A stretch of 64,000 bases of DNA from Octopus sinensis (Eukaryota), in the NCBI RefSeq assembly GCF_006345805.1, contig NC_042997.1:89528001-89592000 (forward strand), written 5' to 3'. The notes under the pieces were generated by a model. That model worked only from the letters and a program-made list of their open reading frames with translations, ran no database searches and was not told where the DNA came from. A program made the translations under genes and the position numbers. This document shows, piece by piece, positions 51,734 through 63,135 of the stretch; the first letter of the stretch is position 1, and every line of letters begins with the position of its first letter.

Positions 51734-53324
51734 TATGTATATATATACATATATATGTATAAACAAGTTAATAATAATCATGATGATAATGATGATGATG
51801 ATATGTGGCCTGTAGCAAACAAGCTGATGTAGACCAGAAACACACCCAACAGTGGCTACGGAGCTCTGGGCTAAAGACAGAGAGTGAAGGCTTTATCTTG
51901 GCTGCCCAAGATCAGTGCATATTGATTCAGAACTATCAAGCCAATGTGATGAAAAATGGTGTAGACCCAAGGTGCTGATACAGCAATGATGGGATAAAAA
52001 CAGTGGACCACCTAATCTCTGGATGTAAGGTTTTAGCACCTGTAGAGTACAAATCAAGACACGACAGGATTGGTCAATAATTTCACTGGATAATGTATTT
52101 GCATTATAAAATGAAAACTGCTGACAAATGGTACAAGCATCATCATGAGGGAAAAAATGTAACTATTCTTTGGGACTTCCCAGAATGTACAGACAGGACC
52201 ATCAAAGCAAATTAACCAGATATTGTGAAAGACCAAAACAATAGAGTCTGTTTATTGATTGACATGAACATACCTTGTGACCATAATATCTAAGTAAAAA
52301 AATTTGATAAGCTCAGAAAATATAAAGATTTGCTCATCAAAATCAAAAAGATGTGGCGTCTCAAGACGGTTACAATACTAGTGATTGTAGGAGTTGGAAT
52401 AATCAAAAATTGAACTGGAAATTATTTAAGAATGATCCTTGGCTTACCATCCATGCAGAAAGTACAAAATATTGTCTTAAGTGGTACATTACACATATTG
52501 AGAAAAGCATTGTCACTGAATTTTCTTTCCTTTTTTCCTCCTTTATATTGTTTTATTTTTATTTTTCCCCTTTTCTCTCTGTCTTCCTCTTTTTCTCGAT
52601 CACATGACTTTGTAAATGAACAATCAGGTGTGTTTATTTTAATGGCCTACCAATGTATACAGTACATTTCTGTGCAATTAGGTATCAGAAAGACACTCGG
52701 CAAGAAATGGAAACATAATTGAAAGAAGATGCTAATGAAAATACTAGTAATAATAAAAATAATCATAATAATTATAATAATCTTTTCTACTAATAATTCT
52801 GCCAGCTTGCCACCTTACTATAATAATAATTATAATTCTTTCTACTAAAGGCACAAGGCTTGAAATTTGTGGGGAGGGGACTAGTTGATTGCATTGACCC
52901 CAGTGTTTCACTAGTACTTAATTTATTGACCCTAAAAGGATGAAAGGCAAAGTCCACCTCAGTGGAATTTGAACTCAGAACATAGCAATGGGCAAAATGC
53001 TGCAAAGCATCTCATCCAGTGTGCTAACAATTCTGCCAGCTTGCCGCCTTACTATAATAATGATGATGACAATGACGATGATGATGACAATGATGATATT
53101 TGATGATATACTGATGTTAGTTTAATTAAATAAAAATTGGTGAAGTTCCAGTTCAAAACTGTTGTCAAGTAAGAAATTAGAAAGATATTGAAAAGAACCT
53201 TACTGAAAGTGGGTTGCCAACAAGAACCAAACTCTGAAGTTTGGGTAAATAACTGCATGCTTTAACTACTTGTCTCAGATCACATAGATCGTTATGAAGC
53301 AAATCCAAAGACAATAATTGCGGC
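25845..53324 (-). CDS. LRRC43: Leucine-rich repeat-containing protein 43 orthologue, 5'-partial, 10 exons in one spliced frame
   Basis: Exons 53204-53324, 48294-48411, 46443-46519, 44107-44280, 40097-40160, 36622-36827, 31254-31358, 29881-30060, 27229-27292 and 25845-25993 all have AG/GT ends and matching phases (2-0,0-1,1-0,0-0,0-1,1-0,0-0,0-0,0-1,1-stop). Peptides [46 protein letters not shown] and [25 protein letters not shown] resemble recalled vertebrate LRRC43 segments (WPNLVSLDLGFNDL..LQGNPLALVPYYRG..LDDITV; FSTAHKPW..TIVEEK). Confidence 0.88.
27229..27292 (-). CDS. LRRC43: LRRC43 exon: [21 protein letters not shown]
   Basis: Acceptor tttgccaacag, donor gtatgt; 64 nt gives the phase 1 needed by the last exon. 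Confidence 0.8.
28471..28570. repeat. (TA)n microsatellite
   Basis: Direct reading; explains the YI ORFs. Confidence 0.95.
29881..30060 (-). CDS. LRRC43: LRRC43 exon: [47 protein letters not shown]
   Basis: Acceptor cccttctctgccaacag, donor gtcagt; 180 nt; overlaps ORF 29863-30162. Confidence 0.85.
30860..31070 (-). mobile_element. CR1/L2-group LINE 3' end
   Basis: [16 protein letters not shown] motif in ORF 30879-31064. Confidence 0.6.
31254..31358 (-). CDS. LRRC43: LRRC43 exon (Lys/Asp-rich): [35 protein letters not shown]
   Basis: Acceptor ctctag, donor gtttgt; 105 nt phase 0-0; corresponds to the K-rich linker. Confidence 0.8.
33086..33297. repeat. (TA)n/(CAT)n compound microsatellite
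   Basis: Direct reading. Confidence 0.95.
33510..34255 (+). mobile_element. Decayed Tc1/mariner transposase, N-terminal half (maT/DD37D-like)
   Basis: HTH (IAKRLSV..TVHKV..RSGRP), KPLLT, and [16 protein letters not shown] resembling FSDEKxF..NxQN. Confidence 0.75.
34258..34680 (+). mobile_element. Penelope-like element GIY-YIG C-terminal fragment
   Basis: [52 protein letters not shown]. Confidence 0.75.
36622..36827 (-). CDS. LRRC43: LRRC43 exon: [57 protein letters not shown]
   Basis: Acceptor ctttcttctcttctttccag, donor gtaaga; 206 nt; overlaps ORF 36520-36771. Confidence 0.88.
38284..38909 (+). mobile_element. piggyBac-type MITE with nested SINE(s)
   Basis: TTAA|CCCTTTAGCATT left end and CTAAAGGG|TTAA right end; SINE sequence at about 38456-38860 inside. 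Confidence 0.8.
40097..40160 (-). CDS. LRRC43: Probable LRRC43 exon: [21 protein letters not shown]
   Basis: 64-nt open exon (acceptor ttttctcaactgttaaag, donor gtatta) supplying the phase 0 to 1 bridge the model requires; no homology recognised. Confidence 0.55.
41431..42390 (+). mobile_element. 5'-truncated R4/Dong-like LINE with uninterrupted ORF end (CCHC + RLE)
   Basis: ORF 41336-42292: [59 protein letters not shown]; 3' UTR then (TAA)n, with (TAA)n also upstream. Confidence 0.95.
43003..43333 (+). mobile_element. Second, shorter copy of the 41431-42390 Dong-like family
   Basis: [15 protein letters not shown].. and the same 3' UTR (cacatacccaaggcac..gtgaaagcacg), between (TAA)n tracts. 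Confidence 0.9.
43591..43998 (+). mobile_element. 3' fragment of a different R4/Dong-like RLE LINE
   Basis: [45 protein letters not shown]; preceded by (TAA)n. Confidence 0.85.
44107..44280 (-). CDS. LRRC43: LRRC43 exon: [34 protein letters not shown]
   Basis: Acceptor ttttgttcctgtag, donor gtttgt; 174 nt open; overlaps ORF 43999-44268. Confidence 0.82.
44535..44828 (+). repeat. Degenerate (GAT/GGT)n low-complexity tract
   Basis: Direct reading; explains the poly-H/I/M ORFs. Confidence 0.9.
45143..45360 (+). repeat. (ATGT)n tetranucleotide microsatellite
   Basis: Near-perfect tract with one interruption (gtag) at about 45262. Confidence 0.95.
46443..46519 (-). CDS. LRRC43: LRRC43 exon: (D)[25 protein letters not shown]
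   Basis: Acceptor ttttcttttgtag, donor gtgagt; 77 nt bridges phase 1 to 0. Confidence 0.88.
48294..48411 (-). CDS. LRRC43: LRRC43 exon (LRRcap): [39 protein letters not shown]
   Basis: YR...LPxLxxLD LRRcap motif; donor gtgagt; the in-frame acceptor is tttaaag (118 nt). Confidence 0.9.
49660..50620 (-). mobile_element. RTE LINE 3' fragment with two C2H2 fingers
   Basis: [26 protein letters not shown] (50351-50614) and CATCGKVC..H / CTLCNRVF (49719-50003). Confidence 0.85.
51803..52510 (+). mobile_element. Decayed R4/Dong-like RLE LINE 3' fragment
   Basis: [46 protein letters not shown] with stops; after a TAA/GAT tract. Confidence 0.85.
53204..53324 (-). CDS. LRRC43: LRRC43 exon (LRR): [40 protein letters not shown]
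   Basis: Acceptor tattcttgcag, donor gtaagg; 121 nt; LxxLxLxxN LRR consensus twice. Confidence 0.92.
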
Positions 53325-55231
53325 CTGCAAGAATAGAGATATTAATTTTGATTAGGTGTTTCATAGTAGCCATCATATAAACATAATAGGTAAATGTTTT
53401 GTGATATAAATCAACTAGCCTTGTTTTGTGTTTCATTGTAGACAATTTTTAGACATGTGCAGCAAATCACAGAAGTTTGATCACAAAAACTCTTGTGAGA
53501 GAGAGAGGACAGAAAAATGTGTTGAGGTGTAAACTTTCACCTTCAAATTGTTAGCATAGTAATATCAACATATTTATAGATGTATACATTTGTGTACTTG
53601 TGTGATCATATATATATTTATTTAGTAGATACAACTCCTAACACACACACACATACACACACATACATACACACATTCATTATAGGTCTGTTTTTCCATG
53701 CTAGCATATGTTGGACAGGAACCTGTTTTAGGAAAGATTTCACAACTGGATGCTTTTCTGATTGCCAGCCTTTACTTGTTTTCTTCAAGTAAGGGATTTT
53801 TAATTCCACAGGTCTTCAAAAGCATAGAATAGCTGGTTGCAATGTCAACAAGAAATGTCAACATCAGTACTGCTTCCCCAAAAGTGACAAGCAAAACATC
53901 AGTATTGATGCATATTTGCATACACACAAAGGCATATACACATTAATAACAAATTGAAAGAAAAGAAAATCAACATCTGAACAGTGGATAAATAATCTAC
54001 ACTAAGGCTGAATGCATTACACTGTCATATGGTTAGATGAAGGGAGGGATGAAAAGCAAAAGAAAAAGAGGGAGAGCGAAGTGTTAACAATGTGTGGTAG
54101 GGGAAATGTAATAGTTATTACGTGATTAAAAAGTTAGTTGAAAGGAGAGATATAGAGTGAGTTAGAAATAGAATGTTTAGCAGAGAAGTGATGTTCTGGT
54201 GATGAGGTTAAAGAAATGTGGAGAAAGAGAATGGAGGGTGGTTATATTGAGAGTGAGAGGTAGATAAAGTGAGAAGTGATGTTATGTCAGCTGATGCATT
54301 ATGCTATCATGTAGTTAGTGGAAGTGAGAGATGAAGAGAAAGAGACACAGAGAAGGACATAATAAGGACATAAAGAAGAGAATGACATAGTTAAAAAGTT
54401 TGTTGAAGTTAGAGAGTGAGAGAGATAAAGTGTTTAGCAGAGGGAAATTCTAAACAGCATATATCATTGTGATTGACAAGAAAATAATATTCAGATATTC
54501 AATTTTCTATATCTTCTATCTGTCAGTCTACTTATTTACCTATCCACATTGACAAAGACATCAATGGGTGGGTGGTGGAAAGAAGTCTTATATTAGCTAT
54601 AATAATAAACTTATCATAGATAGAAAGATAGATTTTTTTATGAAAGTGAAATAACTAAGCAAAATAGCTGAGGATATTATTAATTTTTTTATAATTTTTT
54701 AATCAGACCTTATATTGTTAGATTAGATAGATTCATTGACAGCAACAAAAGTAGATATAAACAAACAGCTGAACTGAACTGAAATGAAATGGGAATAATT
54801 TAGTTGACTGAGTTTTGTCACTGAAAATGATAGAGATGATGGTGGTGGTGGTGGTGGTGATGATGATGATGAGGGTAGTGAACGTGACAGTGGTGATGGG
54901 ATAGTGAAAGTGTTTTTCTTTATTAAACTAAATTTTTTATATCATCTGTCACTTAACGCACACATGTAAGTGCAACTATTCATCGGCTGCTCACTTGGAA
55001 GTTGATATTTGTTTATAAAATATGAATGACAGATGATGTAAACTAACAAGAGAATGAATGAGATGGCATAGGCAATGATATAAAGAGAACAATCAAGGGG
55101 CAGCAGCATGTAGAAGGGAAAATATGAATCAAAGAGTGTAGAGTAAGTATTTACAATAGATAAGAAAATGTGTTCAAAATAGAATAGAAAATGAAAATGA
55201 GAAAGAACATAAAAATAACTGTAAACATATA

Positions 55232-55500
55232 GTTGAAAGTTACAACATTGGTGCCATGAATATTTTCTGTAATCATTGTGAAGCTCTTAGATTTATGAAT
55301 AAATGTTTGAACTTTTGAGAGAATGGGTAAGTCATGTTCCCTCAATCACAGCCTTATCCAGAACTGAAAGGTTTTTTTTAAATGAAAATAACGCAGAGTA
55401 TATGGTTTCAAATGAAACACTAATTTTTATGGTTCTATATAAACTTACAACAACCTTAAATATTTCATATTTACCATGGAATTTTCCTGGATACTACTAG
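55232..55500 (+). mobile_element. Helitron Rep N-terminal fragment with possible 3' end
   Basis: IGAMNIFCNHCEALRF..ENG*VMFP..YPEL resembles the CxxCxA..F..CC..GKV.LP motif; weak hairpin plus CTAG at about 55475-55500. Confidence 0.6.
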
Positions 55501-55997
55501 CTTTTATTAATGGAATATATGTTACCTTTCTAAATTCTAAGGTTTCGTGTGGAGGAAAATCAGAATTTATTAAAACAGTTATTTAAATCACAAATGATTC
55601 TGCCAATGTAATTGATGAGAGATTGATGTAAAACTACTCCTGTACTATCTGTAATTTTGTATTACACTCTTATCAACCACAAGGTAAAGTGTAAGTTTTA
55701 ATTTAAATTCTAGTTGAATAAATGTTGATTTTTGTTAGTATGAATCTGTGGGTTTTAGAAAGGCAAGCTAACTTTTATTAACAAGTGTGTACACATGTAT
55801 CTATGTATACCTACATACACGCATACATGCATACATATAGATATACATACATACATATATGGCTGTGTGGTAAGAAGCTTGCTTCCCAACCACATGGTTC
55901 TGGGTTCAGTCCCACTAAGTGGCTCTTTGGGCAAGTGTCTTCTGTTATAGCCTCAGGCCAACAAAAGCCTTTTGAGTGGATTTGGTAGATGGAAACT

Positions 55998-58225
55998 GAA
56001 CGAATTTATAATGAATGGGATAAAGAGAGTCTGCAAGAGGGACCAGCCATCCAAGTTGACAATTCTCTGATAGTTAAAGCAATTAGAAGCATGAAGACAG
56101 GGAAAGCCCCAGGCCCATCAGAAATTACTGCAGAGATGCTCAAAATATCTGGCAGTGTCGGCTATAACCTAGTCACCCGTATAGTTAACCAGGTGATACA
56201 CGAAGGAGTCATACCCAATGACTGGTGTAGCAGCATACTAGTCAACTGCTACAAAGGTAAAGGAGACGCCCTAGATACAAATAATTACAGAGGTATCAAG
56301 CTGTTGGATCAAGTAATGAAGGTTACAGAGAGGGTCATAGCCCAACTGATTAGGGAGAGAGTCAGCTTGGATGAGATGCTGTTTGGTTTCATGCCAGGGA
56401 AAAGCACCACTGATGCCATATTTCTGGTGAGACAGCTGCAGGAGAAATACCTAGCCAAAGATAAGCCCCTGTACCTGGCTTCCGTTGACATGGAGAAAGC
56501 CTTTGACAGGGTCCCCCGATCCCTTATCTGGTGGTCAATGAGGAAACTAGGGATAGATGAATGGTACAGGGATGCCGTAAGTAAGGTTAGGGTTGGCAAC
56601 ATGTACACAGAAGAATTCAAAGTAGAGGTTGGGGTCCACCAGGGTTCAGTACTCAGCCCCCTCCTATTTATCATAGTCCTCCAGGCAATTACGGAGGAAT
56701 TCAAGACAGGTTGCCCCTGGGAGCTCCTATATGCTGACGACCTTGCTCTAATTGCTGAGTCACTATCAGAACTGGAGGAGAAGTTCCAGATGTGGAAAGA
56801 GGGTCTAGAATCGAGGGGCCTTAGAGTCAACCTAGCTAAAACCAAAGTACTAATAAGTAGGAAGGTAGACAATCCACAAATGTCTTCAGGAAGATGGCCC
56901 TCCTCGATCTGTAGAAAAGGTGTAGGTAGAAACTCTATAAGATGTACCCAGTGTAAGCTATGGACACATAAGAGGTGCAGCAATGTCAAAGGAAGGCTAA
57001 CTGGGAAGATAGTTTTTGTATGTGGCAGATGCTCGGGAGCATTAACCTCTGAAAATCTGCAGAAAACAACTTCCGTCACTTTCCAGGGGAAAAAACTAGA
57101 AGTAGTTGATAGCTTCCGTTATCTTGGTGACCAAGTCAGTAGTGGGGGTGGGTGTGCTGAAAGTGTAACGGCTAGAGTAAGAATAGCCTGGGCAAAGTTT
57201 AGGGAGCTCTTACCTCTGCTGGTGACTAAAGGCCTCTCGCTCAGAGCAAAAGGCAGACTGTATGATGCATGTGTACGAACAGCCATGCTACATGGCAGTG
57301 AAACATGGGCCGTGACTGCTGAGGACATGCATAAGCTCGCGAGAAATGAAGCCAGTATGCTCTGATGGATGTGTAATGTCAGTGTGCATGCTTGACAGAG
57401 CGTTAGTACCCTGAGAGTAATGTTGGACTTAAGGAGCATCAGTTGTGGTGTGCAAGAGAGACGATTGCGCTGGTATGGTCATGTGGCGAGAATGGATGAA
57501 GATTGGTGTGTGAAAAAGTGTCAATCCCTAGCAGTGGAGGGAACCCGTGGAAGAGGTAGACCCAGGAAAACTTGGGACGAGGTGGTGAAGCACGACCTTC
57601 GAACTTTAGGTCTCACTGAGGAAATGACCTGCGACTGAGACCTTTGGAAATATGCTGTGCATGAAAAGACCAGGTAGGACAAGGGAGTCCAGCCCACTTA
57701 TGCATGCCTTTCCTCCCTTGGACACACAAAGACCTGTTGAGGCAAGGAAAGTCGATATCGAACCTCATCCAACGACAGGCACCTATGCCTACCCACCTTT
57801 GCTTGCGAAGACCTGTTGGGGCAAGTGAAATCGAAATCGAAATCGGAATCGAAATTGAACCAATCCTATGACTGGCACCTGGCAGATGCCAGGACCCCTG
57901 GACTGGAGATACGTAAAAAGCACTATCCGAATCGTGGCCGAAGCCAGTGCCGCCTCGACTGGCTTCCGTGCAGGTGGCACGTAAAATGCACCAATCCAAC
58001 CGTGGCCGGTGCCAGCCTCGCCTGGCTCCAGTGCAGGTGGCACGTAAAAAGCACCCACTACACTCACGGAGTGGTTGGCGTTAGGAAGGGCATCCAGCTG
58101 TAGAAACATTGCCAGATAAGACCGGAGCCTGGGGCAGCTTTCTGGCTTCCCAGATCCCCGGTCGACCTGTCCAACCCATGCTACCATGGAGAACGGACGT
58201 TAAACGATGATGATGATGATGATGA
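55998..58225 (+). mobile_element. 5'-truncated RTE-type LINE (RT with embedded Cys-rich finger), long 3' UTR and (GAT)n tail
   Basis: ORF 55989-57365: KAPGP, NYRGI, GVHQGS, LLYADD, FRYLG; continues in 57420-57638 (RLRWYGH, GRGRPRKTW); inserted in a SINE whose head (55860-55997) supplies the ATG. Confidence 0.93.
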
Positions 58226-60650
58226 TGTATATATATATATGTATTTGTGTGTCTGTGTTTGTCCCTCCACCATCGCTTGACAACTAATGTTGGTGTGGTT
58301 ACATCCCTGTAAATTAGCGGTTTAGCAAAAGCAACCAATAAAATAAGTACTACAAAGAATAAGTCCTGAGGTTGATAGAATAAATACTTACAAATAATAA
58401 GTTCTGGGGTTGATTTGTTTCACTAAGGGCAGTACTCCAGCATGGCTGCAGTCAAATGACTGAAACAAGTAAAAGAATAAAAGAATGCAAATATATGTAA
58501 ATAAAGTCTTTTGTTTTCTTTTATTCTTTTATAAGTTTCAGTCATATGGCTCTAGTCACAATGGAGCAACATGTGTGGGGGTGTGTAAGTAAGTATTTGA
58601 ATGTACACACCCATGTGTATGAGTGTCACATAGCAACATATGCCACATAACAACAGTGTTTCTCTCTTTGTTCAATGCCAAGTCAACCATTTAGAAGGCT
58701 TATGTCTCTTAAAAATGTTATATAAAATGTGCATTATACTGACAAACAACAAAACGGCGTGTTGAAAGAGGAAACTTATTTGAACTATTGGTTTTGACAC
58801 ACCCAACCATCACTATTTTTAAAATCTTTTCTAATACCAACCTGCCTGAGGCAACTTCTGGTTATACTCAATATCTCATTTTAAACTGCTCATACTGAAA
58901 ATGTGAGCCCTTTCATTATAATTTTATGTCTGATAGTTTTTATTTGTTACTTACAGAAGCCCTTCACACCCTCTGCAATATAGACTATCAATGAATTTTC
59001 ATCTTTGTTCTCAAATCTGAGTGATCTTTTCTGCTTCTCTTCAGTTAGATCCCTGCTTGTTTTAGCTTTGCCTTTCGGATTTGCTGCACCATGTCATATG
59101 TTTTCCTCAAAGAAGGCATTCTTTTCTCAGATCCTGTTAGTTTCAAATTGTCATCGATGCTTCTGTAACTTTACTTTTTTCTAGGTGGGGGTGTTGACCC
59201 TATGAAAACCAAGTTTTTCTCTGGGAATAGGTGGTCCATATTAGTCTGGCCTTTACCCTTTGATCTGTTCAGCATAGGAGGCCATACTAAAAGCTTACAC
59301 ACTTCTGGCATAGCTCTCAGGGTCACTAAGGTACACAAGCCACTGCCCTGCATTGGATTTTCTGGTGAGGTTTTTGTTATGCTTTATTCCAAAAACTAAT
59401 TGAATAAGAAGCTAATCATTGCACTAAGGTCTCTTCAATTTACAGATTATTTTCAAAATTAATGGAAACATACAGGTAATGTATTTCATTAGAAATATAA
59501 TGACAAAATGGTTAATGCTTCAGTCAAAGGAGGAAAATCAGTGCCTATGACATTTTCCAGCTACAGTGTAACTGGTAAGAAGGGATGGAGATATTGCCAA
59601 ATTCTAACCCTCACCTAAATGCTAACAGGACAAACTCTGTCAATGTCCCCCTTACACCAGTGGTGATGTTAAATCTTCATTATATATCATACTAAATTAC
59701 TTAAGCCATTTCACTCCAAATGGAGCAGAGGCCATTGATATCTTTTCTCCACTGTTCTCAACTCTCTAAGTTGCCCCCCCCCCCACCAAGGAATCTCTCA
59801 TATCATGTTAGTTTTGAATTGTTACTGATGTTTCTGTAACTCTTGCTTTTTTTTTTTAGGTAGGGCTGGTGGGCCTCAGCAAGCCTATTCTTACCTCTGA
59901 GAATTTTGTCAATATGATATTTTGATACATATAATTAATATATTATCTCAGTTAGAAAATACTATTTATTTCATACTTAACTGATCTGCAATATTCTCAG
60001 AGCTTTTTGTAGGAGCAATAATCAGGCTGGCCACCATATTTATAAATATGTATATATATAAGTCAGTAAATGGTGGGGTTGTGTTAACCGCATGTGGAGA
60101 AATGATAGGAGAGGAAAAAATAATTAGGCAGAATGCTAAATTGAAAGTAAATTTTAATAAAAATGGGTGTATGAAAAATTAAAAAAGAAAAAAGAAATCA
60201 AACAGGCTTTCATTGCAAGGCAAATTATCAAGATTTGGAAGGGGAAAAAAATCTGCATAAAGGAAGGCTTGTTTGTCCGACATAATTGTGTTGGATAACT
60301 TCTACCCCATTTCCTGTTTTGACACACACTCACCCAACCTTTTCAAACTAAACACTACACTTAAACACATGCATCCTAATCCTCTTAAGAAGTTTTTCCA
60401 AGGACTAATATTGAACTCTAAAAGCATAAAGACACTACAATGTATTGGTATATTTATTTATTAATTTTTGTATATGTGTATTATTATTTTTTTGAAAAAA
60501 ACATTGTAAATTTCTTTTCTCCCCTTCCGCAATTTAAAAAAAATTTTTCCCCTTCCAAATCTTGATAATTTGCCCTACAATGAAAGCCTGTTTGATTTCT
60601 TTTTTCTTTTTTACTTTTTCATACACCCATTTTTATTAAATTTTTCCTCT

Positions 60651-60692
<42 letters not shown>

Positions 60693-61301
60693 CAGAACCA
60701 TGCTAATAGCTTTTGAATGAAAATAGCCCAATAGCACATCTAGACATTTCTTTCAGAAAATGAAGGGTAATAATTCCCTGATTTTTTCCTAATCCTTCAA
60801 TCCCACTGCTTCTATCCATCTCTCCTCCTTCCATGTGACTCGTGCCTGGCCAGCCATGATCTTTCTTTCTTGGCTTGACCACTGACCGCCAACACTTCTT
60901 ATGTCCATCTCCTATTTTCCTGCCTTTAGGCATTTACTTCATACATGCCAGCCCAATTTGATTTGTTCTCAGTCGAATGACACCTGTTATTTCTTGTTGT
61001 TTGTATTCAGAATTGTGTACCATGTTCTCCATTTTTTGTCTTTGTTGTCATACACATTCATTAGCTTTCTTACAAAGGGGTCTAATGCTCTTAGCTTAGA
61101 CTTTGGTGGGGAGCAACCAGATCAAACCATCTCAAGTGTAACTGCCCAAAATGGTCGTGACATGTAGCACTTGACTGAGGAAAGAAAGCCACGAATGACC
61201 TATCATTTTTGCCTGTCCTTCTCATTGTTGCTTCTCTTGTCCACCTTTGTATTGTCTATCTGTCTGAATGTTTTTATTGTCCTGTATTGCATTTCTGTTC
61301 C

Positions 61302-61346
<45 letters not shown>

Positions 61347-61689
61347 CACATACACATTCATTCAGTATATATTTAACAGAAAACCATAATAATATTGTGA
61401 CGTATATTTGCCATTTAAATATGGCTAACCCCTAAGGGTGGATGCTACTGTAGTTTGTAGCCTCAGGAGGACACCTCCTCCAGCTGGCTATAGACACACT
61501 AGGGCACAGAAAGTGTGTCTATAGCCAGCTGGAGGGGGTGTCATCCTGGGGCTACAAACTACAATAGCATCCACCCTTAGGGGTTAGCCATATTTAAATA
61601 GCAAATATACGTCACAATGTGTTGTAGCTACTGTTTATAACTCGCTCTGAGATTTATTATTGATCATAATAATATTATAACATTTATTG

Positions 61690-61945
61690 ACATAATGAAT
61701 TATTTAGCCACATGAATGCCATTTTGACAGATAAGTTCAAAAACCCTATTAGCCATGGAATCTTTCAATTTCTTAATAGTAGCAGGTTGGGCTGCCTCTG
61801 CTGCAGCTTTGATGGTCGCCTATAAGACATCTTTTGGCATAAATTGGCATCCATCGGCATAAACATTTTGTTTAATGAGGGACCAAAGGTTTGCAATAGG
61901 GTTGAGATACAGAGATGCTGGCGGCCACACCATCAACCTTTCAGC
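61690..61945 (-). mobile_element. Tc1 transposase C-terminal fragment
   Basis: WPPASLYLNPIANLWSLIK..KKLKDSM..RVFELI..G (degenerate WPxxSPDLNPIE). Confidence 0.85.
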
Positions 61946-61974
61946 TTGTACACCATAAGGCCCTAGTAATCAGG

Positions 61975-63135
61975 TTATTCAGGAAGGCACCATCCCCAAT
62001 GACTGGTGTAGTAGTATTATAGTTAGCTGCTACAACGGCAAATGTGATGCCTTAGATAGAACAGCTACAGAGGTATTAAATTGCTCGACCAAGTCATGAA
62101 AGTTACTGAGAGGGTTATAGCTCAATTGATTAGAAATAGAAGTAAACTAAATGAGACACAGTTTGGTTTTGTATCTGAGAAGAGTACCACAGATGCCATC
62201 TTCCTAAAATACTTGGTCAAAAGTAAGCTGTTGTACTTAGCCTTTGCCAATTTGGAGAAAGCTTTTGACGGAGTTTTGCGCTCTGTTATACAGTGGTCTC
62301 TAAGGAAGTTAGGAGTAGAGGAGTGGCTTGTTAGAGCTGTACAAGCCATGTATAGAGATGACATCAGTAAGGTGAGAGTCGGCCATGAAAAGTGAAGAAT
62401 TTAGCATACAGGTATGGGGTTCACCAGGGCTCAGTTCTCAGCCCAATCTTATTCATTAAGTTTCTCCAGGCCATAGCAGAGGAATTCAAAACTGGGTGCC
62501 CATGGAAACTACTATATGCTGATGACCTTGCTCTTATTGCAGAATCTTTAACAGAAATGGAGAGGAAATTCCAGGTATGGAAACAAAACCTGAAATCAAA
62601 GAGCCTTAAAGTTAACCTAGCTAAGACCAAAGTTGTTATTAGCAAGAAAGATGAAACTCACTTTCTGTTAGGTAAATGGCCCTGCTCAGTATGTCAGAAA
62701 GGAGCTGGAAGAAATTCCATTCGCTGCACACAGTGTAAACTATGAACACATGAATGGTAGACTATATGTTTCTTGTGTGCGAATGGCTATACTCCAAGGT
62801 AGTGAGACATACATAGACTGGAGTGAAATGAATGTAGTATGCACTGTTAGATGTGCAACATCAGTGCACATGTACAGCAAAGTGTAAATATATTGAGAGA
62901 AAAGTTGGGCATAAGAGGAATCAAATGTGGCATGCAAGAGAGAAGACTATGTTGGTTTGGACACGTGAGGTATATAAATGAGGACAGCTGCATAAAGAAG
63001 TGCTTATCACTGAAAGTGGATGGTACCTGCAGAAGATGGAAACCTAGGAAGACATGGGATGAAGTGGTAAGGACTGATCTCAGGATGTTGGGCCACATGG
63101 AGGAAATGACAATGGACCAAGATATTTGGTGATTT
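61975..63135 (+). mobile_element. Decayed RTE-type LINE of the same family as 55998-58225, internally deleted
   Basis: LLDQVMKVTERVIAQLIR, GVHQGS, LLYADD, WPCSVCQKG..CTQCKL, WFGHV, PRKTWDEVV with stops and frameshifts. Confidence 0.9.

Noticed and set aside
58950-59150. Minus-strand segment ending in a gtaagt donor as an upstream LRRC43 exon
   Set aside because: All three frames contain stops over the stretch, there is no LRR motif, and the phase does not fit.
60700-61260. Possible LINE coding relic on the minus strand
   Set aside because: No diagnostic motif recognised.
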